This document shows positions 9,260 through 19,260 of a DNA stretch of 64,000 nt, one piece after another (position 1 is the stretch's first letter; the number at the start of each line of letters is the position of its first letter). Origin of the DNA: Parcubacteria group bacterium (GTDB lineage: Bacteria > Patescibacteriota > Minisyncoccia > Moranbacterales > UBA2206); contig JBAZUU010000002.1 of NCBI GenBank assembly GCA_041661275.1, positions 33,206 through 97,205 on the forward strand, in the 5' to 3' direction. The notes under the pieces are model-generated. The model did no database searches. It had not been told where the DNA came from and was given only the letters and a program-made list of their open reading frames with translations. Both the position numbers and the translations under genes were made by a program.

Positions 9260-9505
9260 ATGATTATGGATCTGGTATCTGTCGTTTTGTTTTCAATTGT
9301 TATATTGTCGGTAGTTTTTGGGATCGGCCAAAATTTTGGCGAACGATTGCTCAAAAAGAAATTAACCAAGGAGATATCCCGGCCTTACCGGGATGATGAT
9401 CCGATGCGCAACGAACATCGGATAGAAGTAAGAGTAGTCAGGCGCGGGAACAAAATTCGATACATCGGTCTCGTGCCCGGATCAACAAGGCAAATTTACG
9501 ATTAA
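9260..9505 (+). CDS. Small hypothetical membrane protein (81 aa)
   Basis: Strong ribosome-binding site (aaggagtatgattATG). N-terminal hydrophobic segment. No recognisable domain. Confidence 0.4.
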   Translation: MIMDLVSVVLFSIVILSVVFGIGQNFGERLLKKKLTKEISRPYRDDDPMRNEHRIEVRVVRRGNKIRYIGLVPGSTRQIYD

Positions 9506-9564
9506 AATAGCTGCGGCTGGGAGCGTCATTCCTGGCCGCGGTTTTTGTTTTGGCTTTTAGTATT

Positions 9565-9726
9565 CCCTCTCTCCCCTTGGGAGAGATGTCACGATTCTTA
9601 TCGTGACAGAGAGGGTGCTATGTAAAACGGAAAAATTAAAGTTTTGTGAATTTAATTTAGAACCCTCTCCTGTCAGCCAAAATTTTAAGAAAAATTTAGG
9701 CTGACATCCTCTCCCGAAGGGAGAGG
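9565..9726. repeat. Composite family-1 element: two hairpin-pair units in inverted orientation flanking ~47 bp
   Basis: Left unit ccctctctccccttgggagagatgtcacgattcttatcgtgacagagaggg. Right unit ccctctcctgtcagcc...ggctgacatcctctcccgaagggagagg is near-identical to the reverse complement of the 5424-5497 unit. Confidence 0.7.
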
Positions 9727-9739
9727 AGGAAGAATGAGG

Positions 9740-10306
9740 CTAAATTAATTTTTCAATTTCTTTTAGAACACCACTATACATTTCTTCTATTTTCTCTAAT
9801 TCTTCTCCTGAAAAGTTTTGCAAAACGAAATCGGCGGGTTCGATTTGAGAACGCAAATTTTCCGTGGCGATGCCGATGCGGATACGTTGGAATTCTTTAG
9901 TCCCCAGCTTAGTTATAATATCCTCGACACCATTATGCCCGGCAGAGCCGGACTGAGTCGCGATTTTGTATTCGCCCAGAGGCAAGTCGATGTCGTCGTG
10001 AATGACAATAATATCCTCCGGCGATAATTTATAAAAATCCAAAATAGTCCGGACGGAATCTCCAGAGTTGTTCATGAATGTTTGGGGCTTTAATAATAGG
10101 AATTTTGAATTTTGAATTTTGAATTTTGAATCCAGCAATCTTTCAGAAATTTCACTGTTAAACTTTTTATTTAATGTAAAATCGGGAAAATCGTATTTTT
10201 CCTTGATTCTATCCACCATCATAAACCCGACGTTGTGGCGGGTGTTTTCGTACTGTTTGCCAGGATTGCCCAGGCCGATTATTAATTTCATAAATGTCTG
10301 AACCAC
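9740..10306 (-). CDS. pth: Peptidyl-tRNA hydrolase
   Basis: MKLIIGLGNPGKQYENTRHNVGFMMVD N-terminal signature. Probable start at 10288. Confidence 0.85.
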   Translation of the reverse strand: MVQTFMKLIIGLGNPGKQYENTRHNVGFMMVDRIKEKYDFPDFTLNKKFNSEISERLLDSKFKIQNSKFLLLKPQTFMNNSGDSVRTILDFYKLSPEDIIVIHDDIDLPLGEYKIATQSGSAGHNGVEDIITKLGTKEFQRIRIGIATENLRSQIEPADFVLQNFSGEELEKIEEMYSGVLKEIEKLI

Positions 10307-10372
10307 AGATTATCACTGAATGCACTGATTCCACTGAGTTAATAATTCATGTGTAATCAGGATAATCATGTG

Positions 10373-11836
10373 CTAATCAGTGGTTCTGAATTCCGTATAG
10401 TTATTCGCGTCCTCGCTTTTATTATACTCCTCAAACGAATCTTCTTCCATGCTATATTTTTCAACTATATCAGAACCCAGAATGAGTACCAAGTCTGCGG
10501 AAATATTTTCAGTGTTTTTTTTGTATATTTCCGGCATATTTTCTTTGGCGGCGGCGGGAATTTTTTTGACGATTTCATCCATCGTGAAAGGGATATTTTT
10601 TTTACCCAGATCGTAGCCAATTGTTACTGGCTCGACATATTTATCAAAATTTTTGATAACCGTCACGTTTTTATAATCAAAATTATCGTTCAATAGCTTT
10701 TTAATTTTCCCTTCGAGCGCGGAATCTCCACTTTTATTGATGATAACGATCGATGCGTCTTCCTTGGCGATTTCCTCTTTTCTCCGCTTGATTTTTTCCA
10801 GATCAAAGGCATTTTGCGCCAGTTCTTGCGTTTCACTCCAATTGCCCACGCGAGGAACCAGAATAAAAGCCCGCCCATTCGAAGTTTCAAGGTGGGAAAC
10901 TTTCAGGAGACTATCTTTGTTCCAGGCATCAATAACGACAGTATTCATATTATTGACATCCGTTTTTTTAGCCAGTTCGTAAAAACTTTCAAACTCCGCA
11001 GGAGTCACATCGGTCTTAATATTGTCACCCAGGGCGTTGAAAATTTCATTAACGGCAAAAAGATTTATCATCGTACCGGCCGAGAAAACCTTATTCTTGG
11101 TAGCTTGCATAATCTGTTGTTGACGTTTGGCCCGGCCGAAATCACCATCAGGATCATTGTGTCTTTCGCGAGCATATTTCAAAGCAATCACACCATCTAG
11201 TTGATGAAATCCCTTTTTTAGTTCAAAAGTTTCGTAGGAATAATTAGAGCCGGGATATCGAGCGTCATAGATATCACGTTCGTTCATAATGTTTATCCCG
11301 TCGACCGTGTCAATAATTTTGATAAATCCGTCAAAATTCAAAATTACATAATAGTTTATATCAAGCCCAGTAATATCAGAAACGATGGCCTTTACTGTTT
11401 CAGCGCTTTTTTTCTCATCGCCATTGGAATTATTAATGCCATATTGATAAGCGGAATTTATTTTCATTCCAATTCCAGATTCGGGAATCTTAACAAAAAG
11501 ATCACGTGGCAAAGATATGAATGCCGCCTGGTTGGTTTTAGGGTCAACGCTGGCTACCATGATAGTGTCAGTCAGATTTTGTCCGGGCTTGCCTTTGCCG
11601 GCAATTCCCAGAAGAAGAATATTTATCCGACCACCTTCGACACCTTTCAAATTCGGTTGATTACCAGAGGAAAGATTTTTTATAGTGTCCAAGAGGCTAT
11701 TTTTTTTGTCAAAAGTTATCTTATTGCCAACATAGTTAGTTTTATAGATAAAAAAAGACAGATAGCCAATACCAAAAAGTAAGAGAAGGGTGAAAAGAAT
11801 CAGAGAAAATTTAACTAAATAACTCTTTAATGGCAT
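10373..11836 (-). CDS. LytR-CpsA-Psr (LCP) family cell-envelope protein
   Basis: N-terminal transmembrane segment. LLLGIAGKG...NLTDTIMVASVDP and RDLFVKIP LCP core motifs. C-terminal LytR_C-like region. Confidence 0.8.
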   Translation of the reverse strand: MPLKSYLVKFSLILFTLLLLFGIGYLSFFIYKTNYVGNKITFDKKNSLLDTIKNLSSGNQPNLKGVEGGRINILLLGIAGKGKPGQNLTDTIMVASVDPKTNQAAFISLPRDLFVKIPESGIGMKINSAYQYGINNSNGDEKKSAETVKAIVSDITGLDINYYVILNFDGFIKIIDTVDGINIMNERDIYDARYPGSNYSYETFELKKGFHQLDGVIALKYARERHNDPDGDFGRAKRQQQIMQATKNKVFSAGTMINLFAVNEIFNALGDNIKTDVTPAEFESFYELAKKTDVNNMNTVVIDAWNKDSLLKVSHLETSNGRAFILVPRVGNWSETQELAQNAFDLEKIKRRKEEIAKEDASIVIINKSGDSALEGKIKKLLNDNFDYKNVTVIKNFDKYVEPVTIGYDLGKKNIPFTMDEIVKKIPAAAKENMPEIYKKNTENISADLVLILGSDIVEKYSMEEDSFEEYNKSEDANNYTEFRTTD

Positions 11837-11837
11837 A

Positions 11838-11949
11838 CCCGGTAGTGAAACTTCGACTTTTATGTAAATGTATAAATAAGTGAAGCTTTATATTATGTCT
11901 AATTGTACTTTATGCTCCGGTTTTATTGAGTCGAAGTTCTACTACCGGG
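11838..11949. repeat. Near-perfect 20-bp inverted repeat (cccggtagtgaaacttcgac / gtcgaagttctactaccggg) flanking ~72 bp, directly upstream of the LCP start codon
   Basis: Arms read directly, 18/20 complementary. Shares the CCCGGTRG...ACCGGG termini with the 8996-9075 inverted repeat. Confidence 0.55.
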
Positions 11950-12088
11950 CATAATATTAAAAACTGCTGGTATTACTAAAGCAGGTTGTATGTATAGTAA
12001 CTCTTTTCGTTACTCAAGTCAAATTTTGGCTTAAATAAGGGCAAATACCCTCTTGCCAAAACAATAATTTTCTGATAGCATTAAGGTC

Positions 12089-12727
12089 ATGACAGAGGAA
12101 AAAATAGAAGAAAAAAAGGAGAATGAACTAGTTGGTGAGCGTTATGCCGGAGTAGGCAGTTTTGTTCTGGAAATCATAAAAATTGTCATCCTGGCTTTCG
12201 TTATAATCGTCCCAATAAGGGTGTTTTTGTTTCAACCGTTTTTTGTCCAGGGAGCATCAATGGAACCCAATTTTGAGAATGGAGAATATTTGATCATTAA
12301 TGAGCTGGGATATAAAAGAACAAGTCTTGACATTAGCAATGCCAATCTTTTTACCGTAAAGCCGTGGAAAGAAGTAGCTCGTCAGGAGCCGGTCGTCTTT
12401 CGATATCCGCTTGATCCAAGCAAATTTTTCATCAAACGCGTAATTGGTCTTCCTGGAGAAAAAATTGAGATAAAAAACAGCCAAATAACGATATATAACG
12501 ACAGTCATCCTGATGGTTTTGTCCTTGATGAAAGCGCTTATCTTGCCAGTTCGGTAAAAACCAGTTCGGAAACAACGATATCACTAAAAAGCGACGAATA
12601 TTTCGTGATGGGAGATAATCGGCCATATAGTTCTGATTCTCGATCATGGGGACCGGTTCCTGAGAGAGATATTATTGGTAAGGTGGCAGTGAGAGCCTGG
12701 CCGCTAAACCGAATGTCATCGTTTTAA
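12089..12727 (+). CDS. lepB: Signal peptidase I
   Basis: GASMEPNF (SMEP box) and GDNRPYSSDSRSWG. Confidence 0.85.
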   Translation: MTEEKIEEKKENELVGERYAGVGSFVLEIIKIVILAFVIIVPIRVFLFQPFFVQGASMEPNFENGEYLIINELGYKRTSLDISNANLFTVKPWKEVARQEPVVFRYPLDPSKFFIKRVIGLPGEKIEIKNSQITIYNDSHPDGFVLDESAYLASSVKTSSETTISLKSDEYFVMGDNRPYSSDSRSWGPVPERDIIGKVAVRAWPLNRMSSF

Positions 12728-12846
12728 ATGAAAAATGTAAATCTCAAAATGAAAAATGACAATGCAAAATAAAAAATTTATAAATTCCCATTTTTAATTT
12801 TAATATGTCATTTTGATTTTTACTTTTTTATTTTTGATTTATTTTT
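12728..12846. repeat. AT-rich inverted-repeat element (family aaatctcaaaatga..aaaatgacaa / ttgtcatttt)
   Basis: Left arm aaatgtaaatctcaaaatgaaaaatgacaatgcaaaat, right arm atgtcattttgatttttac. A related copy is at 22126-22228. Confidence 0.5.
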
Positions 12847-12847
12847 T

Positions 12848-14215
12848 ATGGTTAAACCTAAAAAAACTAAGAAGCTGACAAAAAAGAAGCTGCCTATAAA
12901 AGCGGAAGAGCCTGTTGAGCCGCTTATTCTCCAGACTATCCGTGGGATGAAGGATATTTTGCCGGAAAACCAGCCATATTGGGAGCAGATAAGACGTGTG
13001 TCAGAAAGACTGGCGCGAGATTATGGTTTTTCCCGGATTGATACTCCCATTGTTGAATATACTAATCTTTTTGTCAGGAATATTGGAAAAGGGACGGACA
13101 TTGTGGAAAAAGAAATGTATAGTTTTGTGACCCGAGGCGGGGACAAAGTAACATTGCGCCCGGAACTGACGGCGGGGATTTGCCGCGCTTTTATCCAGCA
13201 TGGGATGCATCTTATGCCTAAGCCCTTGAAACTTTTTTCGACAGGTCCTGTCTATCGCTACGATCGTCCGCAGGAAGGAAGATATCGGGAACATTTTCAG
13301 ATAAATTATGATGCTTTCGGCGAGGAAGATTCAATTCTCGACGCGCAGGTGATCCAGATCGCCCACCGGATAATTCAAAATTTGGGAATCAAGTCTATCC
13401 AGATCCAGGTAAATTCTATCGGCTGTCCGACCTGTCGCCGCGACTACATTGAACTTCTGACCAATTATCTGGAATCAAAGAAAAATAAACTGTGTCAGGA
13501 CTGCAAAAGAAGGATGGAAGTCAATCCGCTGCGCGTTCTTGATTGCAAGGAAGATAAATGTATGCAAGTGGCTGCTTCCGCTCCGCAATCAGTTGATCAT
13601 CTCTGTGAAGAATGTCGCGTGCATTTTAAATCTCTTTTGGAATATCTGGACGAGCTTGATCTGCCCTATATCATCAATCCTCGTCTGGTGCGAGGCCTTG
13701 ATTATTATACTAAAACAGTTTTTGAGATCTGGTCTGGACTGGAAAATGGCAAAAAGAACGCCTTGGGCGGTGGAGGACGTTATGACCGACTTATCAAGAT
13801 GATGGGTGGAGAAGATACTCCGGCTATCGGTTTTGCTTTCGGGATAGAGAGATTGATTTTGGAGATGAAAAAAGTGCAAGCCAAACCCTATCGTCCGGCG
13901 CGACCAAAAGTATTTTTGGCGCAATTGGGAAACTTAGCTAAAAGAAAAAGCTTGAAACTATTTTCTGAACTGGAAAAAAATGGAATACTTCTGGCTGAAA
14001 GTTTTGGCCGAGGAAGCCTGAAATCCCAGCTTAAAGTGGCAAATAAACTGGGAGTGGAACTGACGCTTATTCTCGGACAAAAAGAAACCCTTGACGGCAC
14101 AGTGATTGTCAAAAATATGACCACTGGTGTCCAGGAAACAGTGGCGGCTGACAAGTTGGTGGACACGATAAAAAAGAAACTAAAAGCGGATAATGTGGTT
14201 ACTTATCATAACTAG
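12848..14215 (+). CDS. hisS: Histidyl-tRNA synthetase
   Basis: RGMKDILP, LRPELTAGI, GGGRYD class II motifs. C-terminal anticodon-binding region. Confidence 0.9.
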   Translation: MVKPKKTKKLTKKKLPIKAEEPVEPLILQTIRGMKDILPENQPYWEQIRRVSERLARDYGFSRIDTPIVEYTNLFVRNIGKGTDIVEKEMYSFVTRGGDKVTLRPELTAGICRAFIQHGMHLMPKPLKLFSTGPVYRYDRPQEGRYREHFQINYDAFGEEDSILDAQVIQIAHRIIQNLGIKSIQIQVNSIGCPTCRRDYIELLTNYLESKKNKLCQDCKRRMEVNPLRVLDCKEDKCMQVAASAPQSVDHLCEECRVHFKSLLEYLDELDLPYIINPRLVRGLDYYTKTVFEIWSGLENGKKNALGGGGRYDRLIKMMGGEDTPAIGFAFGIERLILEMKKVQAKPYRPARPKVFLAQLGNLAKRKSLKLFSELEKNGILLAESFGRGSLKSQLKVANKLGVELTLILGQKETLDGTVIVKNMTTGVQETVAADKLVDTIKKKLKADNVVTYHN

Positions 14216-14279
14216 TTAAACTGGTTAAACTAGTTTTCTAGTTGGCAAAATAAAGACTAAGAATTATTTAACAACTAGG

Positions 14280-14675
14280 TTGCTTGGATCAACTAGAAAA
14301 CCAGACAACCAGTTCAACCAGTCTATGTGTATTTTTTGCAAAATAATCAAAAAAGAGGTACCGGCAGTAGTTGTTTATGAAGATAGCGATATTTTAGCCT
14401 TTAAGGACGTGCGGCCCTTGGCGCCGGTGCATATTTTGATTATTCCCAAAAAACACATTGAGTCAGTTAATGATTTCGAAGATACGGATGCGGAACTTGT
14501 AGGCCGGATGGTGATTGCGGCTAAAAAGATTGCGACGGACTTTGACATTTCGCCAAAAGGGTATAAACTATTATTTCGGGTAGGAGAGTGGGGCGGACAA
14601 GAAGTGCCGCATGTTCACCTTCATCTTATAGGTGGCGCCAAGCTTCATGAGAATATCCACCCGGATATGAAATAA
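14280..14675 (+). CDS. HIT family protein (histidine triad nucleotide-binding)
   Basis: HVHLHLIGG histidine triad. Probable real start at 14326 (MCIFCKI). Confidence 0.8.
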   Translation: MLGSTRKPDNQFNQSMCIFCKIIKKEVPAVVVYEDSDILAFKDVRPLAPVHILIIPKKHIESVNDFEDTDAELVGRMVIAAKKIATDFDISPKGYKLLFRVGEWGGQEVPHVHLHLIGGAKLHENIHPDMK

Positions 14676-14690
14676 GAGAGGAGGTTTTCT

Positions 14691-14948
14691 ATGATAGAAG
14701 TTAAAAAAAAGGATCGAGAGTCATCAGAAAGTTTAATCAGGAGATTCGGCCGCCGGGTTCAGCAAAGCGGTGTTTTAGTGCAGGCCAGACGTGGAAGATT
14801 TCTCGTTGACGAAAAGACCAGAAGAGAAAAAAGAGAAGGGGCGATGTATAAGGAAAAAGTGAAAAAAGTCGTCAACCGCCTCAAAAAAATGGGCAAATTT
14901 GACGAAGAAAACTTCAGAAACACCAAGAAGAAACTAATTAAAAAATAA
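14691..14948 (+). CDS. rpsU: 30S ribosomal protein S21
   Basis: MIEVKKKDRESSESLIRRFGRRVQQSGVLVQARRGRF matches the bS21 pattern. Basic C-terminus. Confidence 0.8.
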   Translation: MIEVKKKDRESSESLIRRFGRRVQQSGVLVQARRGRFLVDEKTRREKREGAMYKEKVKKVVNRLKKMGKFDEENFRNTKKKLIKK

Positions 14949-14953
14949 GTCTT

Positions 14954-15406
14954 ATGTCGATCAAACAAAAAATATCAGATGATTTGAAATCAGCCATGAA
15001 GGCAGGGGAAACTGAAAAGCGTGATGTTCTGCGGATGCTTGATTCCATGGTCAAGAACACGGAAATTGAAAAAAAGAAACGAGAAGAAGGGCTAACAGAC
15101 GAAGAGGTTATTGAAGTTGTCACACGTGCCGTAAAACAAAGAAAAGATAGTATCGCCCAATATGAATCCGGTGGACGGCCAGAGCTGGCTGAAAAAGAGC
15201 AAAAGGAAATAGATATCCTCATGGCCTATATGCCCGAGCAGATGGGAGAGGAAGAGGTACGAAAAATCGTGAAAGAGGTAATTTCCGAAACAGGAGCCCA
15301 GGGTGCCGCCAGTATCGGCAAAGTAATGGGTCCGGCCATGGCACGCCTCAAAGGCAAAGCTGACGGGACTCTCGTGAAAAAGATCGTTGAGGAAGAATTG
15401 AAATAA
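14954..15406 (+). CDS. GatB/YqeY domain protein
   Basis: Typical YqeY layout and sequence (LKSAMKAG...IAQYESGGRPELAEKEQKEI). Confidence 0.75.
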   Translation: MSIKQKISDDLKSAMKAGETEKRDVLRMLDSMVKNTEIEKKKREEGLTDEEVIEVVTRAVKQRKDSIAQYESGGRPELAEKEQKEIDILMAYMPEQMGEEEVRKIVKEVISETGAQGAASIGKVMGPAMARLKGKADGTLVKKIVEEELK

Positions 15407-15486
15407 ATCAAAACCTTTTAAGACAGCCCCGACGTTATGTCGGGACTGTTTTTATAACCGGGAACATTGTTATATAATGGAACCAT

Positions 15487-15924
15487 ATGAAACTAACTGT
15501 CGAAATAAATAATAAATCCGGCGAAAGGGTAAAAAATGATTTTTTCGCCGATATTATAAAAAAGACACTAAAACTGTCTGGTTTTAAATTTTTAGAAAAA
15601 AAGAATGTTTCTGTCAGTATTGCACTGGTAGACGAAAAAGAAATCAAGAAGCTAAACAGGATCTATCGGAAAAAGGATACTGTTACGGACATTTTATCTT
15701 TTGCGGAATATAAAAATATCGAAGCGATAAGGAAAAATAAGGAAGCAACTATATTTCTTGGCGAGTTGGTAGTATGCTATAATGATATTAGAAAATTTGC
15801 CGAGAAAAATAAAATAGATCCAAAAAAGGAGTTGGCAGAAGTGATTTCTCACGGCGCGCTTCATCTTTTAGGGATGAAACATGACCGGATAATGTTCGCC
15901 ATTCAAAATAAAATCAATGAATAG
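15487..15924 (+). CDS. ybeY: rRNA maturation endoribonuclease YbeY
   Basis: HGALHLLGMKHD metal-binding motif. Confidence 0.85.
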   Translation: MKLTVEINNKSGERVKNDFFADIIKKTLKLSGFKFLEKKNVSVSIALVDEKEIKKLNRIYRKKDTVTDILSFAEYKNIEAIRKNKEATIFLGELVVCYNDIRKFAEKNKIDPKKELAEVISHGALHLLGMKHDRIMFAIQNKINE

Positions 15925-16285
15925 ACTTGTTCAATTTAGAAAAAGCTTTTCCTATGCCATTCGGGGGCTACGCTATGTCGTCAATCATGAAAAAAACTTT
16001 CAAAACCAGCTCCTGGCTGCTTTTTTGATTGTAATAATTATGATATATTTGCAAGTTACGAGAGCAGAGGCGGTTGTTCTCATTTTGGTAATTGCGGGAG
16101 TTCTGATTATGGAGCTTTTTAATACTGTCATGGAGAGAGTAGTGGATATTCTGAAGCCCAGAATCCATCCTTACGCGCGACTTATTAAAGACCTGATGGC
16201 CGCTAGCGTGCTTCTGGCATCGCTTCTGGCTATCTTCATTGGAATCTTGATTTTTTATCCATATATTTCAAAGCTACTAGGTTGA
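15917..16285 (+). CDS. dgkA: Diacylglycerol kinase (DgkA family)
   Basis: Three transmembrane helices with IRGLRYVVNHEKNFQ...ELFNTVMERVVD, DgkA-like. Confidence 0.7.
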   Translation: MNRLVQFRKSFSYAIRGLRYVVNHEKNFQNQLLAAFLIVIIMIYLQVTRAEAVVLILVIAGVLIMELFNTVMERVVDILKPRIHPYARLIKDLMAASVLLASLLAIFIGILIFYPYISKLLG

Positions 16286-16340
16286 GGAATAGTTAAGTTT
16301 ATTGTATAATTCAAAGGACAACTAATTATTTATATCCGTC

Positions 16341-17597
16341 ATGTCGAAAAAAGACATTGTTGTTGGTGTTGACGTCGGATCGTCTGCCATAAAAACTGTT
16401 ATTACCCAGCTTATCTCTACCGAGGAAAAACCGAGGATTATCGGAGTGGGAGTCGCGCCATCATCAGGCGTCAGGCGTGGAGTGATAGTTGATCTGGAAG
16501 AAGCGACAAAAGCCATCAGTGCTTCCATTGCGGAAGCAGAAAGGATGGCTGGTTTCGATGTTGATCGGGCGATAATAAGTATCGGCGGAAATCATATATG
16601 TTCTCAATATTCAAAGGGAGTGATTGCGGTCGGTCGGGCGGACGGAGAAGTGACGAGCGACGACATCGAAAGGGTGATCGGCGCCGCGCAAGCTATTTCT
16701 GTCCCGGCCAACAAGGAAATTATTCATATAATACCAAAAGATTATTCACTTGATGATCAGAAAAAAATAAAAGATCCTATTGGAATGAATGGAGTGCGGC
16801 TGGAAGTGGACGCGATGATCATAGAGGGATCCACCCCTTTTATTAGAAATCTCACCAAATGTGTGGAGCAAGCAGGAATTGGCATTGAAAGTTATGTCCT
16901 TTCTCCACTGGCGGCGGCTCAATCCACGCTTTCCAAGAGACAAAAAGAACTCGGAGTTATTCTTGTTGATATAGGTGGTGGATCAACATCTATTGCTGTC
17001 TTTGAAGAAAATGACCTTTTGCATACTTCAGTTATTCCTGTTGGTGGCGGTCACATAACAAATGACATCGCCATCGGTCTTCGGACTTCAGTGGACGTGG
17101 CCGAACAGGTGAAATTGGAATTTGGAAATGCTATGCCGAGTGAAATTGGAAAAAAAGAAGACATTGATCTGTCGCAAATAGATCCACAGGAAGAAGGAAT
17201 GGTTTCCCGGTTTCATGTGGCACAAATTGTGGAAGCGCGACTGGAAGAAATTTTTTCCATGGTCAACAAAGAGTTAAAGGTTATAGGAAAGGACAAGCTT
17301 CTCCCAGCTGGAGTAATTCTGACCGGTGGAACGGCTAAACTTCCAGGGTGTGTCGATCTGGCTAAAAATACGCTTGGGTTACCAGCGCAAACCGGTTTTC
17401 CTATGCCTTTGGGAGGGCTCGTTGATAAAGTTGATGAACCGACCTACGCTACTGTTATTGGCCTTGTCCTATGGGGTCTGGAGAGCGCCTATTCTAAGAG
17501 CGTAATGGCTAAAAGTGGTATAATACAGACTATTCCGGGCAATGTGGGTGAAACAGTGACCAGCATCAAAAAGTGGTTGGGGAAGTTTTTGCCGTAA
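16341..17597 (+). CDS. ftsA: Cell division protein FtsA
   Basis: VVGVDVGSSAIKTV actin-like phosphate-1 motif, ILVDIGGGSTSIAVF, GGGHITNDIA. Confidence 0.9.
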   Translation: MSKKDIVVGVDVGSSAIKTVITQLISTEEKPRIIGVGVAPSSGVRRGVIVDLEEATKAISASIAEAERMAGFDVDRAIISIGGNHICSQYSKGVIAVGRADGEVTSDDIERVIGAAQAISVPANKEIIHIIPKDYSLDDQKKIKDPIGMNGVRLEVDAMIIEGSTPFIRNLTKCVEQAGIGIESYVLSPLAAAQSTLSKRQKELGVILVDIGGGSTSIAVFEENDLLHTSVIPVGGGHITNDIAIGLRTSVDVAEQVKLEFGNAMPSEIGKKEDIDLSQIDPQEEGMVSRFHVAQIVEARLEEIFSMVNKELKVIGKDKLLPAGVILTGGTAKLPGCVDLAKNTLGLPAQTGFPMPLGGLVDKVDEPTYATVIGLVLWGLESAYSKSVMAKSGIIQTIPGNVGETVTSIKKWLGKFLP

Positions 17598-17903
17598 AGC
17601 CAAAACTGCTAATAGATCCTTCGCATATCGGCTAATGCCGATATTGCTCAGGATGGCGGATTTTCCGCCAATTTGACACGAGTGCAACTTGTATGATAGA
17701 TTTATATATCAGATAGGGAAAATGGGCTAAAAATCATATTCTGACAAGTTGTCGGCCGAACCGAAAAAATCTAAACTGATTTTCAAAAAACAAAAAACTC
17801 AAAAATAAAAATATACAAAGATAACGCATATCTCTTTTCTTTGTAGTTTGATTTTTGAGTTTATTTTTTTAACAGATCTAAAATCTTATTTATATAAAAT
17901 TAT

Positions 17904-19103
17904 ATGGCTGAAATAAAACCACCGGTTGAAACATTCGCGCGGATAAAAGTTGTGGGAGTTGGAGGATCAGGAGGAAACGCGATTTCCAGGATGATCGAAG
18001 CAAAATTAAAAGGAGTGGAATTTGTGGCGATCAATACTGACGCGCAAGCTCTTCATCATAATAAAGCTGCAGAGAAAGTACACATTGGAAAAAACCTGAC
18101 CAAAGGTCTTGGAGCCGGAATGAATCCTGATGTTGGCCGACAAGCGGCTGAAGAAAATCGCGATGAAATCCAGGAAGTGCTCAAGGGTTCTGATATGGTT
18201 TTTGTCACTTGCGGTCTTGGTGGTGGAACAGGAACTGGTGCGGTTCCGATCGTAGCAGAAACGGCCAAAGAATTAGGAGCGCTCACTGTGGCTGTAGTGA
18301 CTAAGCCTTTCACCTTTGAAGGCGCTCAGAGAAGATCGATCGCTGATGAGGGGCTGGAAAATCTTCGAGAGAGGGTAGATACTCTCATTACCATTCCTAA
18401 TGATAAATTACTGCAAATTATCGATAAAAAAACCACTCTTATTAACTCTTTCAAGATTGTAGATGATGTTCTCAGGCAAGGTGTTCAGGGAATTTCCGAT
18501 CTCATAACAAAGCCTGGCGTGGTGAACGTCGACTTTGCCGATGTAAAAGCCATTATGTCCAATAGCGGTTCAGCTCTTATGGGAATCGGCCTTGGATCCG
18601 GAGAAAACCGAGCGGCAGAAGCGGCGAGAGCGGCTATCAACAGTCCACTTCTCGAGTTGTCTATTGACGGTGCCAAAGGCGTGCTATTTAATGTTTGTGG
18701 CTCTACTGACCTGACTATGCTTGAGATTAATGAAGCGGCGAATGTTATTACTGAATCTATTGATCCTAATGCCAAAGTGATTTTCGGAGCGGTAGTTGAT
18801 GAAACTTTGAAAAAAGGAGAGGTGCAAATTACAGTGGTAGCCACTGGATTCAATGAAGAAAAAGTTATGGAAAACCCGATCGAAAAATTGTCGAGAATTT
18901 CCATCAACGAATCGAGAAAAAAAGAATCATCTCCCGAGATGAAAATAACTTATCCGGAAAAATTCGAACCGAAGATGATTATTGACGAGCGAATTCCTCC
19001 GAAACCGGCAAAGATCAATCCTACTCCAAAGGAAAAAGAATTGAGCGATGATGATGACGAACTGGAAATCCCAGCTTTCATTAGGAGAAAGATGGGAAAG
19101 TAG
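17904..19103 (+). CDS. ftsZ: Cell division protein FtsZ
   Basis: [10 protein letters not shown] and [14 protein letters not shown] tubulin signature. Confidence 0.95.
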   Translation: MAEIKPPVETFARIKVVGVGGSGGNAISRMIEAKLKGVEFVAINTDAQALHHNKAAEKVHIGKNLTKGLGAGMNPDVGRQAAEENRDEIQEVLKGSDMVFVTCGLGGGTGTGAVPIVAETAKELGALTVAVVTKPFTFEGAQRRSIADEGLENLRERVDTLITIPNDKLLQIIDKKTTLINSFKIVDDVLRQGVQGISDLITKPGVVNVDFADVKAIMSNSGSALMGIGLGSGENRAAEAARAAINSPLLELSIDGAKGVLFNVCGSTDLTMLEINEAANVITESIDPNAKVIFGAVVDETLKKGEVQITVVATGFNEEKVMENPIEKLSRISINESRKKESSPEMKITYPEKFEPKMIIDERIPPKPAKINPTPKEKELSDDDDELEIPAFIRRKMGK

Positions 19104-19108
19104 AAAAG

Positions 19109-19173
19109 TTATCCACCCCGTAAAGTCGCCGAAGCGGCGACAACGGGGCAAGCACCCTAAAAAGTTATCCACA
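19109..19173 (+). promoter_or_regulatory. Two DnaA-box motifs (TTATCCACC at 19109-19117, perfect TTATCCACA at 19165-19173), each preceded by AAAAG, upstream of nrdR
   Basis: Exact 9-mers read in the sequence. The repeated 13-mer aaaagttatccac occurs twice, 56 bp apart. Confidence 0.5.
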
Positions 19174-19192
19174 GGTATATAAAAAATCCCGT

Positions 19193-19218
19193 AAAACCCG
19201 CCACTTGGCGGGTTTTTT
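19193..19218 (+). terminator. Rho-independent terminator after ftsZ
   Basis: aaaacccgccacttggcgggtttttt. Confidence 0.8.
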
Positions 19219-19224
19219 GACTTG

Positions 19225-19233
19225 TGGTATAAT
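19225..19233 (+). promoter_or_regulatory. Extended -10 promoter element (TGGTATAAT) for nrdR
   Basis: TGnTATAAT read at 19225-19233. The upstream TTGACT is only 5 nt away, so it is probably not a functional -35. Confidence 0.5.
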
Positions 19234-19244
19234 GACATATACAT

Positions 19245-19260
19245 ACACAATATGTTGTAT
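19245..19260 (+). promoter_or_regulatory. Putative NrdR box (ACACAATATGTTGTAT) overlapping the nrdR 5'UTR
   Basis: 14/16 match to the published NrdR-box palindrome acaCwAtATaTwGtgt. Located between the -10 and the nrdR start. Confidence 0.45.
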
